From positions 43,832 to 99,628 of the forward strand of contig CALSCP010002280.1 of assembly GCA_943704425.1 (NCBI GenBank): a stretch of 55,797 nt of DNA. The letters run 5' to 3'. Of the stretch, positions 15,712-27,654 are shown piece by piece; within the stretch, counting starts at the first letter, position 1, and each line of letters begins with the position of its first letter. The translations under genes and the position numbers were made by a program. This DNA is from Ministeria vibrans ATCC 50519. Lineage: Eukaryota > Protista > Filasterea. A model generated the notes under the pieces. That model was given only the letters and a program-made list of their open reading frames with translations. It searched no databases and was not told where the DNA came from.

Positions 15712-18700
15712 ATGGGCCTTCTTTCCGAGGGCACGTCGCTGACGTGGTCCGACATCGTGCCGCTGTGCGATCATGTTCGCGAACATGGCATCATTCAGTT
15801 CCTCAACATCCACAAACGTCTTCAGGGCCTCTGCAACGATTCCCTGAAGTGGGGCGACGAGGTACAGCACCCACTTGCCTTTGGTGTGAGTGTATGAGGC
15901 ACAGTAGAGGCGGGAGTATCTGTGTTCTTGAAGTGATATTGAGTGCTACTTTTTTTTTTTTTTGTGCTGTCGCTCAACCGTTTTTTTCTCTGTCGTTTTG
16001 GTCACAGGTGGAATACATCATTGTGGTGTTTGATGAAGAGTCGAAAAGGGTTCGGCTGAGTCTGCGGGGCGGCGAGATCCTGGATAAGCTGACGGAGGAG
16101 GAGCGTGAAGGGTAAAGATACAATGCGGCGCGCACTGCACAAGTACACTCATAGTGTGTATTTATTCATCACTCTTCTCTTTCTCTCTGTCTCTCTCTCT
16201 TTTTTTTATCTTTTCCCTCAGGCTCTTAAACAACACGACAATTTCGACCCTATGGCGTCCCGAGTATGGACGATTCATGGTGGAGGGTAGGCGGCAGAGC
16301 GAGAGGCATAGAAGCTGAGCGTGAGTGTACTAAACATGAGTTTGTGTGTTAGGTACTCCGGGCGGTCCGTATGGCGGTGCAATGAAGGACCTGCTGCAAG
16401 TTGAAGAGAACATGCGATTGCGGTATTGAAAGAACAGCAAAGGAGAAGGCATCGAGAAAGACTCACACTGTGTTGTGTCCCGCAGACGTGACAAGGTGCA
16501 GGCGGTGCTCAAGCACAATGAAGCCGCACTGACCATCACTGTCTTCCCGCGAATGGGCTGTGGTGTATTTACTGCTCCTGAAGGGCCCGTCTACGGTGAT
16601 GTTGCCAGGTGCTTACAAGAAAAAGAGAGAAGAAAAAAAATCACAAAAGAAGATGAGAAACTGAGCGCTTCGCTTTCTAAAAAAGGTCTCTGTTTTTCAC
16701 TGACATTGCAATCAATCAACACATTCGATTTCCGTAAGACGCTAAAGTGAATATCATATACGTGTGCTCATATATATTTATGTGTGTGTGTGTGTGTATG
16801 TGTTAGGTCTCTGACACGGAACATTCGATTGCGTCGGAACCAACGCGTTGCCATTAACATTCCCATTTTCAAAGACAAAAACGTAAAAGCATAATAATAG
16901 TTATTATTATTATTTTAATGATTATTGCTATTTGTGTCTGTCAAAACATCACTGAATATGAGTTACTAACTGTTAGTGATTCTGCTGTGACAAGTGTGGA
17001 CATTCAACTCGCGCGCTCACACTCTTGTTTCTTCTTTCTCCTCCTCCTCTTCCTCTTTTCACCTTTTCAGACACCAAGTCCGTTCCGTGAAATATTTCCG
17101 AATGATGACGGAGAAGGGGCACGGGAGGCACTGGATGATCATGTGTATGCCGATGCAATGGCCTTTGGCATGGGAAACTGCTGTTTGCAGGTAACTGCGT
17201 GTCGCACTATGTTGTTGTGTTATTGGTGTGTGCGTGTGTGTGTTTTCTATGCCGCTCAGTGTCTTGTCAGTGCATCATATGACACGTATTGCACCTCTCA
17301 CTTTGTTTCTTTCTGCCTCTCTCTATCACTTTGTTTTTTTCTTCCTCTCTTTCTGTCTCTCTGTGTGTCTGACTAACTCACGTACTCTCTCACTCACTTG
17401 TTGTGTGTCTTTGTGCGGTTTGTATTTCCATAGGTGACCATGCAAGCATGTTCAATCGACGAGGCGCGTTTGCTGTATGACCAGCTTGCACCACTCACTC
17501 CCATAATGGTAATAAAAAACACAACACACTACAACTATGAAATCCTGGACTCACTTTCTGTGATCCCATTTTCTGTCCAGCTTGCTCTCACTGCTGCTTC
17601 GCCTATCTTCCGTGGCCATTTGGTTGATACGGATGTGCGCTGGAACATGATTGCTCAGTCAGTCGACGACCGAACCCGACAGGAACGCGGTTTGGAGGTA
17701 AGATCAGCTCTTTAGACGCAAAGACTCGACACACTCTCTTTACAACAACCACGATCACACCAAGCACACACTACATGCACAGTCTACGCTATATACTCGC
17801 ATACTTTGCACACTCACCTCACGCTCACTTTTCTTCAATTTCAGCCCCTCACCAGTGCTCCCCAGACCCTCAGTAAGTCGCGCTATGAGTCTATCTCTTG
17901 CTACATCAGCAACGATTCCTCTCTCTTCCGTCCCGAGTACAATGACATTCCCATTCCCACGAACCCAAAGGTCTACAAACAACTTTCTGACGCCGGTACG
18001 ACAATCCATAGTCACTTCTCTTACCTCTCTTACGTACTCGATGATTTCTTTTAACAGGGATTGATCATCTTTTGGCTCAACATATGTCGCATTTGTTTGT
18101 GCGCGATCCACTTGTAAAAACAATTCGCTGCACATACTTGTTCTCTCTCTCTCTATCACTTTGTTTCTTTCTCCTCTCTCTCTCTATCACTTTGTTTCTT
18201 TCTCCTCTCTCTCTCTATCACTTTGTTTTTTTCTCCTCTCTCTATCACTTTGTTTCTCTTTCCTCTCTCTCTATTACTTTGTTTCTTTCACCTCTCCCTC
18301 TATTACTTTGTTTCTTTCACCTCTCTCTCTCTATTGCTCTCTGAGTCTTGTTCTCTCTTGTCTTTGTATGGTTAGGTTGTGTTCTCGGAGAAGATTGATC
18401 AAGACGATTCCTCAAGCTCAGACCATTTTGAGGTACGAGAGACACATTACACAAACACTTGTCTTGCACCCACTCAACACAGACATTCTTCTCGCTCACA
18501 TTAGAACATCCAATCGACCAACTGGCAGACGGTGCGGTTTAAGCCCCCACCGCCCCACTCGCCCATTGGCTGGAGAGTCGAATTCCGTCCTATGGAGGTC
18601 CGTACTCACTCCTACCTATGGCGTGTCTTTTCTTTTGTCCTCATTGTATTTCTCTTTTGACCCCTATTTCTCTATTCTTCTTTTTTACTTTGTCTCATTT

Positions 18701-19113
18701 TAGGTCTCTCTGACTGACTTTGAAAATGCGGCTTTTACCGTCTTTACTATTCTTATTTCGCGGGTTATTCTCTCGCTCAAACTCAACCTCTACCAACCCA
18801 TCTCAATGGTACGTTAAAACCCACAGACTTATCTTTCTCCTAAATCACTCTCACACACTTTCTTTAAACACTGTCATCATCTTTCTCTTCCTCTCTATCT
18901 CTTTTACTTACTCCTTTTCCTTAGGTTGATGCCAACATGGCTCGTGCGCACTCTCGCAATGCCGTCAACACTCAGTCCTTTACCTTCCGCAAAAACATTC
19001 AAGACACAAAAGGTTACACTTTGCTTCACATTGTTCTCTATCGATTTGTTCTTTTTTTGTCTTTCTATATCACTTTGTTTGTTTTTTCTTCCTTCTCTCT
19101 CTATCACTTTGTT

Positions 19114-19150
<37 letters not shown>

Positions 19151-19973
19151 ATCACTTTGTTTCTTTCTCTCTCTCTCTCTCTTTCGTTCTTTCTTTCTCT
19201 CTCTTTCTTTCTTTTTTTCTTTCTTCTTTTCTTTTCACTCATTGACTTTCTTTTTAATGTGTTAGGTGGTGAATACGCTGAAATGTCCATCGACACTTTG
19301 ATGAACGGAAAGGTAACGAAAACAATATTAATATTGATCATCAACGAAACCCTCGATTTTTTTTCATGTTTTTGTAGGAAGGAGAATTTCCGGGATTTGT
19401 GCCACTGATTGAGCAGTATTTGGACCAAATGGAAGTGGACTACGACACTCGCGCACAAATCAATTGCTATCTCTGTCTTATCCGCAAAAGAGCAAACGGT
19501 AAAATAACCCCCCAACCTACACACACACATAATTTCTTTTTTTCATTTTTGCTGTTTTCGCTCATACCTTTTTTTCTACTCTGCCTTGTGCAGGGTCACT
19601 TCCCAGCACTGCAACCTACCTGCGTGACTTTGTAACCTCGCATCCGGATTACGCGCAGGACTCAATTGTCTCCGATTCGTAAAGACGCACAACAAAAACG
19701 AAGAGTGAATGTTAACTCTTTTTCTTCTTTTCTTCTTCTTCTTCTTCTTCTTCTTCTTCTTCTTCTTCTTCTTCTTCTCTTCTTTTTCTTCTCGTTTAGG
19801 ATTGCATATGACTTGCTGCGGCGTGTGGATGAGATTGGTCTCGGTCAAACGGTAAAATGCTCAAGTGTATATTACTTTTCATGTCACCTTTTCACTTTCA
19901 CTTCTCTTTCTTTTCTTTTTTCAAGAATTGCGAGGAGATCACGGGATGCTGTACGAAACGCAAGACTGAATAA
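15712..19973 (+). CDS. GCLC: Glutamate-cysteine ligase catalytic subunit (gamma-glutamylcysteine synthetase); many exons
   Basis: MGLLSEG..LTW, KWGDE|[37 protein letters not shown]|[36 protein letters not shown]. Stop TAA at 19971-19973. Confidence 0.96.
18145..18330. repeat. Cluster of the dispersed compound motif (CT)n-ATCACTTTGTTT (about 7 copies) in a GCLC intron
   Basis: Repeated ctctctatcactttgtttct units separated by CT runs. The same unit recurs at several other loci in the window. Confidence 0.85.
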
Positions 19974-20275
19974 ACTCATGCTTTTCTATTTGTGTTTTTC
20001 ACTGAGTGAAAGTGAGAAGGTGCGTTGAGGATCACACAAAATCCATCCTATAAATTATGACAATGTCCCGGCACTGGTTGGAATGCGCTCTCATTTTTGT
20101 ATTTATTGTTCACGGCCACACACGGGGAGTATGTATGGAGATAAGTGGTTGGAAAATCGACTAAGAGAATGAAAAAGATTTATTATCAATATCAATTTAC
20201 TTTACAACGTTTGATTCGACTCATTCCGAGCACTTCTTTTTTTTACCTGTTCATCGAAATTCCCCTTTCAGAAGC

Positions 20276-20343
20276 ATGGAGGGCGAATCGAAGAGTCGGG
20301 CTCCCGCTGCACGCTTTTGCGACGAATGGTCCGTTTTCTTCTC

Positions 20344-20437
<94 letters not shown>

Positions 20438-20988
20438 GTCTCTCTCTGTCTCTCTCTTCCTTCTCCTTAACTCACCTCCCTCGGTCTTCCTGCTCCCCCT
20501 GCCCACTGCAGCCAGTTCCTGATGGTCCCCAAAGCAAGCCCTGAGAAGGTGAACAGACGCGCTGTGTCACAAACAACCAGTGAACGTTTTTTTTTTCGTC
20601 TTTTTTTTGCTTCTTTTTCCACGTTAGGAACTGTATTACCAGTGCAACAAGTGCCAGAGCCGCAAAGACATTGACATCAACCGAGAAGAGGACTTTAGAG
20701 TGTTCTCCAACCGAATGCAGCACTCGGATGAGTACGAGCGAGAGACGACGCAAATCGTATTAGTGTTGAGTGTGTTGCTCATCTCATCTCTTTAGTGAAA
20801 TGCTGACACATATCATTGCGGACGTGACGGCCGACCCGGCGTTGCCCCGCACTCATGACCATACGTGTCGGGAGTGCAGCGGCACAGACATTGCGTACTT
20901 CTCGGCACAGTCACGACCGGACGACAAGAAGATGGCACTGTACTATGTGTGCTGCAACAAGGACTGCAACTACAAGTGGAAGGATTGA
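20276..20988 (+). CDS. POLR2I: RNA polymerase II subunit RPB9 (4 exons)
   Basis: RFCDEC..LMVPK..LYYQCNKC; IIADVTADPALPRT..CREC..YFSAQS..MALYYVCCNKDCNYKWKD*. Confidence 0.93.
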
Positions 20989-21438
20989 GACACGAAAGAG
21001 TGTCTTCTCATCTTTGTGAGGTCAATGATGTGCCTTTGCAGTAAGGGAGTGTGATGCTATGTGAATTATTACAAAAAAAAAGACGATTGTACATAACAGC
21101 AAGGGAAATTGTACGCGCACAGTCACGGCACACGAGTCATGACTCGCGAGTAGTCCTTTAATGACCAGGCTTTGAGAGACATTTAAACACCCACAACCAA
21201 TTGTGATTCGATTTGCATACGATAACCATTAGTATATTGGAAATGTCTTCTTCTTCTTCTAGTATATTGTCTTGTTCTGGCATTGAGTACAGGCCTTGAT
21301 TGATTGAGTCTCTATTTATTTTCTTATTCAGCCATGTATTGTGACTCTTTGTTTTCTATAATGCCCTGTTTTGACATTGGTTCAGCTCTCGATTCTCTAA
21401 ATATGATCGTTTATATTCAGTCATTTTTGAACTTTTGA

Positions 21439-22399
21439 ATGGTGCAGATATTCCAAGTTCTCTCGTGCGTCCAATGCTCGACGAGGCAGGTCAAGTTACA
21501 GAGCAAGCAAACAAAATGGTCTTGCGTGACCTGTGGAAAAAGTGAGGGGCTGAAACATGGACGCGCTCTGACGTGCGCCATTTAGAGCAATCCATCCTGA
21601 AGGTGCTGCTTGTGGGCACCGCGCCCGAGTGCCGGGCAGCTGTGCAGCAGACTAATCTGCTGCGAGGGCAAGTGCAGGAGTCTGCGGAGGTCCTTGCAGC
21701 GCCGCCTGTCCAAAGAATTGAGGTGTGACGGAACGAGTGTTTCGCGCGCGAAACTGTTTTACTCACTGCTGCCGTTCCTGCCAGGAGCAGCGCACTCCCG
21801 TTGACTGGGATGCATATCTTCCTGCCCAGCACAACGGTGGCGGGAGCGACGCCGACGATAGCGATGGCGAGTGTCTTCCGTTTCGCGGAGTGGACGAGGT
21901 GGGCCGTCAGCGCACTAAGAAGGCTCAGCCGAGTCGAGGGGGCACCACCACCACCACCACCACCACCGCCACCGCATCGGTATTTGGTCGAGATCGAACA
22001 CGGACGGAGGTGGGGAGAGACTCGGGTGTGCCGTGTGTGTCTCAGGAGCTGGCGCGAACCGTCGTGACACGACAAGACGAGCCTCGACAGTCAGTGCAGC
22101 CGGATGTGATGTGGACACGACCCAAATCCTCACCTCAACCCCAACAGACGACGAAACGACCGCGAGACGAAGAAGAAGAAGGGGCGAAGAAGCAGAGAAA
22201 GAAGGAAGCGCAGCGAACTGAAACATATCGCCCCCTGAACACACTGATCAGTCGCTCGTCTGCTTCAGCCTGCGCTACGGTTGCGACCAACAGTAGTGCA
22301 CCGTCGAATGTGACCGAGTCCAAGTGGTCGCGTTTCCTTCAGCCCACGGCAGACAAGAGCGACGATGACAGTGACTCAGAGGACCAATACGGCACATAG
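21439..22399 (+). CDS. MRNIP: MRN complex-interacting protein (MRNIP/C5orf45-like), 3 exons
   Basis: MVQIFQVLSCVQCSTRQVK..KWSCVTCGK|KQSILKV...ECRAAVQQTNLLRGQ, with SKWSRFL near the C-terminus. Confidence 0.8.
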
Positions 22400-22776
22400 G
22401 AAGGACCCCGTTTGTTTCAGTTTCCGTTTGTTTGTAGATACTTATTGTTATATTGCCCAGTTGTAAATTGTACGTTGTCCAATATTGGATGGCGCTGTCC
22501 GATATCTTGATATGCAACGATGTGATGGAGTGTTACATTAATGACACAAAACAAACAAAAGGAAAAGAAACAATATTATGACATTAGTGATGTAACATTG
22601 ACAACCAATAGAACGTGCGCTAAGCAATTACTGATTAGTGATTACTGGTTGACGCGGAAGTGAGTAGTGACATGGCCCATGGGCGAATTGGAGGGAAAGA
22701 GAGAGAGAGGAAATAATTCAAGATCAAAACAATCAATCCCAAATTGAAAATTCCCAATATTACAAAAATTTGAACT

Positions 22777-25138
22777 ATGTGCGGTGTTTGCGGACTTCTC
22801 TGCGGCTCTGAAGAGTCTCTGGTGGCTCCCGAACTTCTGGAGGGACTCAGCATGCTGCAGCATCGCGGACAGGTGACACACACACGCAATAAAAAAAAAA
22901 AAAAACCTGTCACTTGGGATGATTTACTCAAACAAGTGTTTGATTAGGATGCGGCGGGCATCATGACGTGTGCCAAGGGCGGGACAGTGTACCAGTGTCG
23001 CGGAAAGGGCCTGGTGCGCGACGTATTCACGCAGACGCGCGTGCACCAGCTGCAGGGACACTTTGGCATTGCGCACACGCGATACCCGACGGCCGGGACG
23101 ACGGCCACCGCCGAATCACAGCCCTTTTATGTCAACAGCCCCTATGGGATCTGTCTGGCTCACGTATGTTTGCATTTGGACGGACGGGAGACAAAAAAAG
23201 CCGTTTTTATTATTGTGATGAATGGACAGTGACACAACTTTGGTGTAGAATGGGAATCTGACCAACACTGAGGAGCTGAGTGACTTTCTCAAGAACAAGG
23301 CTCACCGACATGTGAACACGCACTCGGACTCGGAGGCGCTGCTGAACATTTTTGCGCATGAGCTTCTGACGACGGACAAGAGAAGGCACAAAGCAGAGAG
23401 GGGAGTCGCACGAGTGTTTACCTGACTGTGTTGTTGTTGTGGTTTACCACAGGATTGATCACCACGATGTGTTTATGGCCGTTGCCAAGGTGCACCAGCG
23501 CTGCAAGGGAGCATATGCAGTGGTGTTGCTCATTGCGGGCTACGGCATCATTGCCTTCCGTGATCCTCATGGCATTCGGCCTCTTGTCTTTGGCAGTCGG
23601 TAAATCGCTTTTTATTAGAAGAGAATGTAGAATTGACTCAAAAACGTCTCTGTCAATCGACACAGACCCAACACGCACAACAGCTCGCGCAACGACTACA
23701 TTGTCGCATCCGAATCCGTTGTGCTGGACCTCCTCAACTTTCCCGTGTCGTCGCAGTCGAGTGTGTGTCCTGGTGAGTGTGTCATCATCGAGAAGGACAC
23801 CAATGCCGTCCACAGACGTGTCTGTGCACCCCAGACCACTCTCACTCCATGTATCTTTGAGTATGTTTACTTTGCTCGTCCTGACTCGTAAGTCACACAA
23901 GTTTTTTTTTTGTTATGTGTACTGCAAGATGGGGAGAGCGAGAGGGTCAAGTCATTGATTTGAGTTTTTTTTTATGCATCACATTGAGTGTGATATATTC
24001 TCAACGTTATCAGCTCAATATAATTATGATTAAAATTTCTGATATTTGATAGGATTTTGAACGGAGTGAGTGTGTACCGTGCGCGACTGGCAATGGGAGT
24101 GGCACTGGCGCGGAAGCTGCGAGCACAGGGAGGGGATGTGCTGACGGCGGATGTGGTTGTGCCGGTACCAGACACGAGTCGCCCCAGTGCAATGCAGTTG
24201 GCGCACGAGCTGGGTCTGCCCTTTCGGGAGGTGAGAGAAACTGATAAGTCGGGGTGTATGTTTTGTGGGTGTGTGTGTGGGTGTGGGTGTGGGTGCGTGG
24301 AGTGTGAGTGACGGTGATTGAGTGAGAGCGGCAGTGAGTGAATGTGAGTGGCAGTGATTGAGCGAGATTGGTATTTGATCACTCAAAACGATCTAATATT
24401 ATCATAATATGTATGGTAGGGGTTCATCAAAAACCGGTACATTGGCCGTACGTTTATTATGCCTGGTCAAAAGGAACGGTAAGTGCATTAATAATAATAC
24501 TGTTTTATTTGTTTGTTTATTTATTCTTTTATATTTATAGACGACACGCAGTGCGTCGCAAGCTCAATCCAATGGCAATGGAATTTGCCGGAAAGAATGT
24601 TCTTCTGGTGGACGGTACAACAAAAAAACAATAATAAATTTATTAAATACTTTTTGTCTCACTCACTCATTGGGGCTTTTCTTTGGGGTTTTGTCAGATT
24701 CGATTGTGCGAGGCACAACTGCGCGTGAAATTGTGTCAATGGTGCGCGAATGTGGTGCTAAAAAGGTCTTTCTTGCGTCGTGTTCTCCCGAAATTAGGTA
24801 TTGTATATTTCACTTTAGACGCCCCCATCATAATAAATTCAATTTTATATTGTATTGTTTGCTTGCACATTTATACATTCGCACTCACACGCACACACTT
24901 GCAGATTTCCCAATGTGTATGGGATTGACATGCCGGTTGCGACTGAGTTGGTGGCACACGGACGCACGGGCGAAGAGATTGCACAGGCCATTGGGGCCGA
25001 TGGGGTCTACTTTCAGGTACGGACTGACTACACGCACCCACACGCGCACCCACTCTCTCTCTATCACTTTGTTTTTCTCTCTCTCTATCACTTTGTTTCT
25101 CTCTCTCTATCACTTTGTTTTTCTCTCTCTCTATCACT

Positions 25139-25180
<42 letters not shown>

Positions 25181-25218
25181 CTTTGTTTCTCTCTCTCTCT
25201 CTATCACTTNNNNNNNNN

Positions 25219-25316
<98 letters not shown>

Positions 25317-25784
25317 CTCTCTCTCTCTTTCTTTCTCTCTCTTTCTTTCTTTCTCTCTCTATCACTTTGTTTCTGTCTCCTTTCTCTCTCTCTCTCTTTT
25401 TTAATTATTGTTTCTGATCTATCTGTAGAATTTGAGTGATTTGGAGGAGTCGTGTCGGCAGTTCAATCGTGATATTACGTCGTTTGACACGAGTGTGTTT
25501 GACGGAAACTACGTCACAGGTAAGATGAATAGAAAAAAACCTACGCATAGGATGGTAATAACCAATTGGTAGGGAATGTCGATGCGGCGTACTTTGATGC
25601 ACTGGCGGAGAAACGACGGGACCTGAGCGGTGAGAAGAAGCAGGTGGTGGTCGATGTGACGGATGAAAGTGCAAAGGTGGAGCAAGGGCAGGGAAAGGAG
25701 AAGGCCGAGGCGAAAGCGACGACGGGTGCGTTGGACCGAGATGATAGCAAGGAGGTGTCCATTTACAACATTGGGAACGAGTAA
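22777..25784 (+). CDS. PPAT: Amidophosphoribosyltransferase (purF/ADE4); many exons
   Basis: N-terminal nucleophile MCG, QHRGQ|[48 protein letters not shown]|[18 protein letters not shown]. Confidence 0.96.
25055..25375. repeat. (CT)n tract with multiple ATCACTTTGTTT units and an N gap, in a PPAT intron
   Basis: Same compound motif as at 18145-18330. Confidence 0.85.
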
Positions 25785-26250
25785 AGAAATTTTATTATTA
25801 TTTTTGTTATTAGCATAATTCTTTTGTTAGTCACGTTGATCACGTGCATAATTCATAAAGCACACAAACTGATAACTCCGCCTGACACGCGCTGACAGGC
25901 AGAGACTTTGTGAACTGATCAAAAAGTTTAAGAATATCCATCACACAATACAGTCTAACACCGTCTCTGGTCTCTACTCTAAACTCTCCACGACCCAAGT
26001 AGTCCTGCAAGTGTCAGGTGAGAGCGATGAAACGAAGGTTGAAGGAAATAGTTGCTGCAACTTCCTCCACGGTTTGTGCGACTGATAGCTTCTGCTTTAA
26101 GATCGTTTTAAGCTTCCTCAGTTTAGAAAATCAATGAATTTTAAAAAATACTCTCTCTGCTAGAGAACCACAATGCCATGGACCACTTCACTATCGTCTA
26201 CCTTATTGATGCACGCGAAAATCAAATTCCGCTAAAATATACAAAATACA

Positions 26251-26258
26251 TATATAAA
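26251..26258 (+). promoter_or_regulatory. Putative TATA box for the permuted tRNA gene
   Basis: TATATAAA lies about 30 nt upstream of the tRNA 3' half. Confidence 0.6.
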
Positions 26259-26287
26259 GCACATTTTGGCCCAATTCCGTGCAAGGC

Positions 26288-26365
26288 ACGAAGAGATCGG
26301 GGTTCGACTCCCCGCTTACTCACTTTCCGGGTAAGTGGTATAACGGTTAGCATTCTTCGCTTCCA
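26288..26365 (+). tRNA. trnG-UCC: Circularly permuted tRNA-Gly(UCC): 3' half 26288-26322, 6-nt spacer, 5' half 26329-26365
   Basis: 5' half is GGGTAAG TG GTAT AACGGTTA GCAT T CTTCG CT TCC A. 3' half is A CGAAG AGAT CGGGG TTCGACT CCCCG CTTACTC A. Acceptor stem 7/7 (one G-U), anticodon stem 5/5, T stem 5/5; 72 nt when rejoined. Confidence 0.9.
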
Positions 26366-26368
26366 AGC

Positions 26369-26377
26369 TTTTTTTTT
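26369..26377 (+). terminator. RNA polymerase III terminator (T9)
   Basis: A run of 9 T begins 3 nt after the tRNA 5' half. Confidence 0.7.
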
Positions 26378-26821
26378 GCTTTTTTGGACAACATCTTCCC
26401 GAGATCAGAGATGTCTTTTTTTTAACTTTTTTATTTTCATGCTTTGTTTTTTGTTTCATCAAAAATAATAATAATTATTATTATTATTATTATTATTATA
26501 TTTTGGCGGTTATTGTGAATAACTTTCGTGAGTTCACATAAAAACTACCAGGTTTGCTGGCTTCTTACTTCTATGTATCCACTATTTACTATTGCGACCT
26601 GACCGATGTGAGGTCGGCGATTGTATCTTCATTGTATCAATTTTTGTGATTTTGTGCTTTTGCTTTTTCACTCGGTGTGATCATGCCAAGTCGTCAAAGT
26701 ACCAACTGCTTTTTAGCCCGCCCACACAAGCACGCGCCCACCCAAGCGGTAGATTTGAATCCTTTTAGCTTTGATAATAAAGAGCGTCGTTTTACTTGAA
26801 AATTTGCAAAACAGACCAGAC

Positions 26822-27602
26822 TCAATCCTCCTGAGGGAACCAGCTTGCGGGCAACTCGGACTCCTTTAGCTGCTCTGCGGTCGCCAGATTGTCAATGTTG
26901 TCCTTGCGGAACTGCTTGGAGTGCTTTGAGGCACAGTGGTCCTCGTAGAGCGCATGCGACTGCCACACTTCAATGAGCGAGAAGCGCGACGGGTCGTTGG
27001 TGAAGGAGCGCACTGCGGCATGGACCAGGCCCGCATCGTGGCGACGCGACTGCGCAAGGTACGTCCGCAGCGACTCTCGGAAAGCCCCGTTGCTCTCAGA
27101 TGTCACCTGACGCGACAAGTGTGGTTACATATATGTGCGACTCCAATGATGATATTGCTTTTCTAACTACCTTGAAGTTGCGGGTGATGACAAGGACGTT
27201 GTGGGCGCCAGTGGATGCGTCTGTGTGCTCCTCCTCGAGCGGTGCAAGCACCAGATGGCCATCCAGACGACTCACAAGCGACGCAAGTCGATCAATTTCG
27301 CTGCTCAGTGCACCGCCGCCCAACGAGCCACCGCTCACAACGTTGCCTGTAACATTAATAATAATTGTATTGTGGTCTTTAGTCCTCTTTTGATGATGAT
27401 GATAATAATAAATATAATATAAGAATTAATTTATAATACCGGAAGGAATGGACGTCTGAGTGTTGTACGAGCGTTGACGACGCTTTGATGAGGAGCCATT
27501 GTCGGCACTGACAACAGTGTTGCCAGTGCCCGGAGTGGACGCATCCACAGACGCAATGGTCTTGGTGAGGGCTGAAACAGAGACGGGGTCAGCGTGAGAG
27601 AC

Positions 27603-27654
<52 letters not shown>

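Noticed and set aside
26595-26646. Hairpin CGACCT/AGGTCG followed by an Sm-like AATTTTTG, downstream of the tRNA
   Set aside because: I cannot match it to any snRNA or SL RNA, and such short motifs are expected by chance in T-rich 3' regions.
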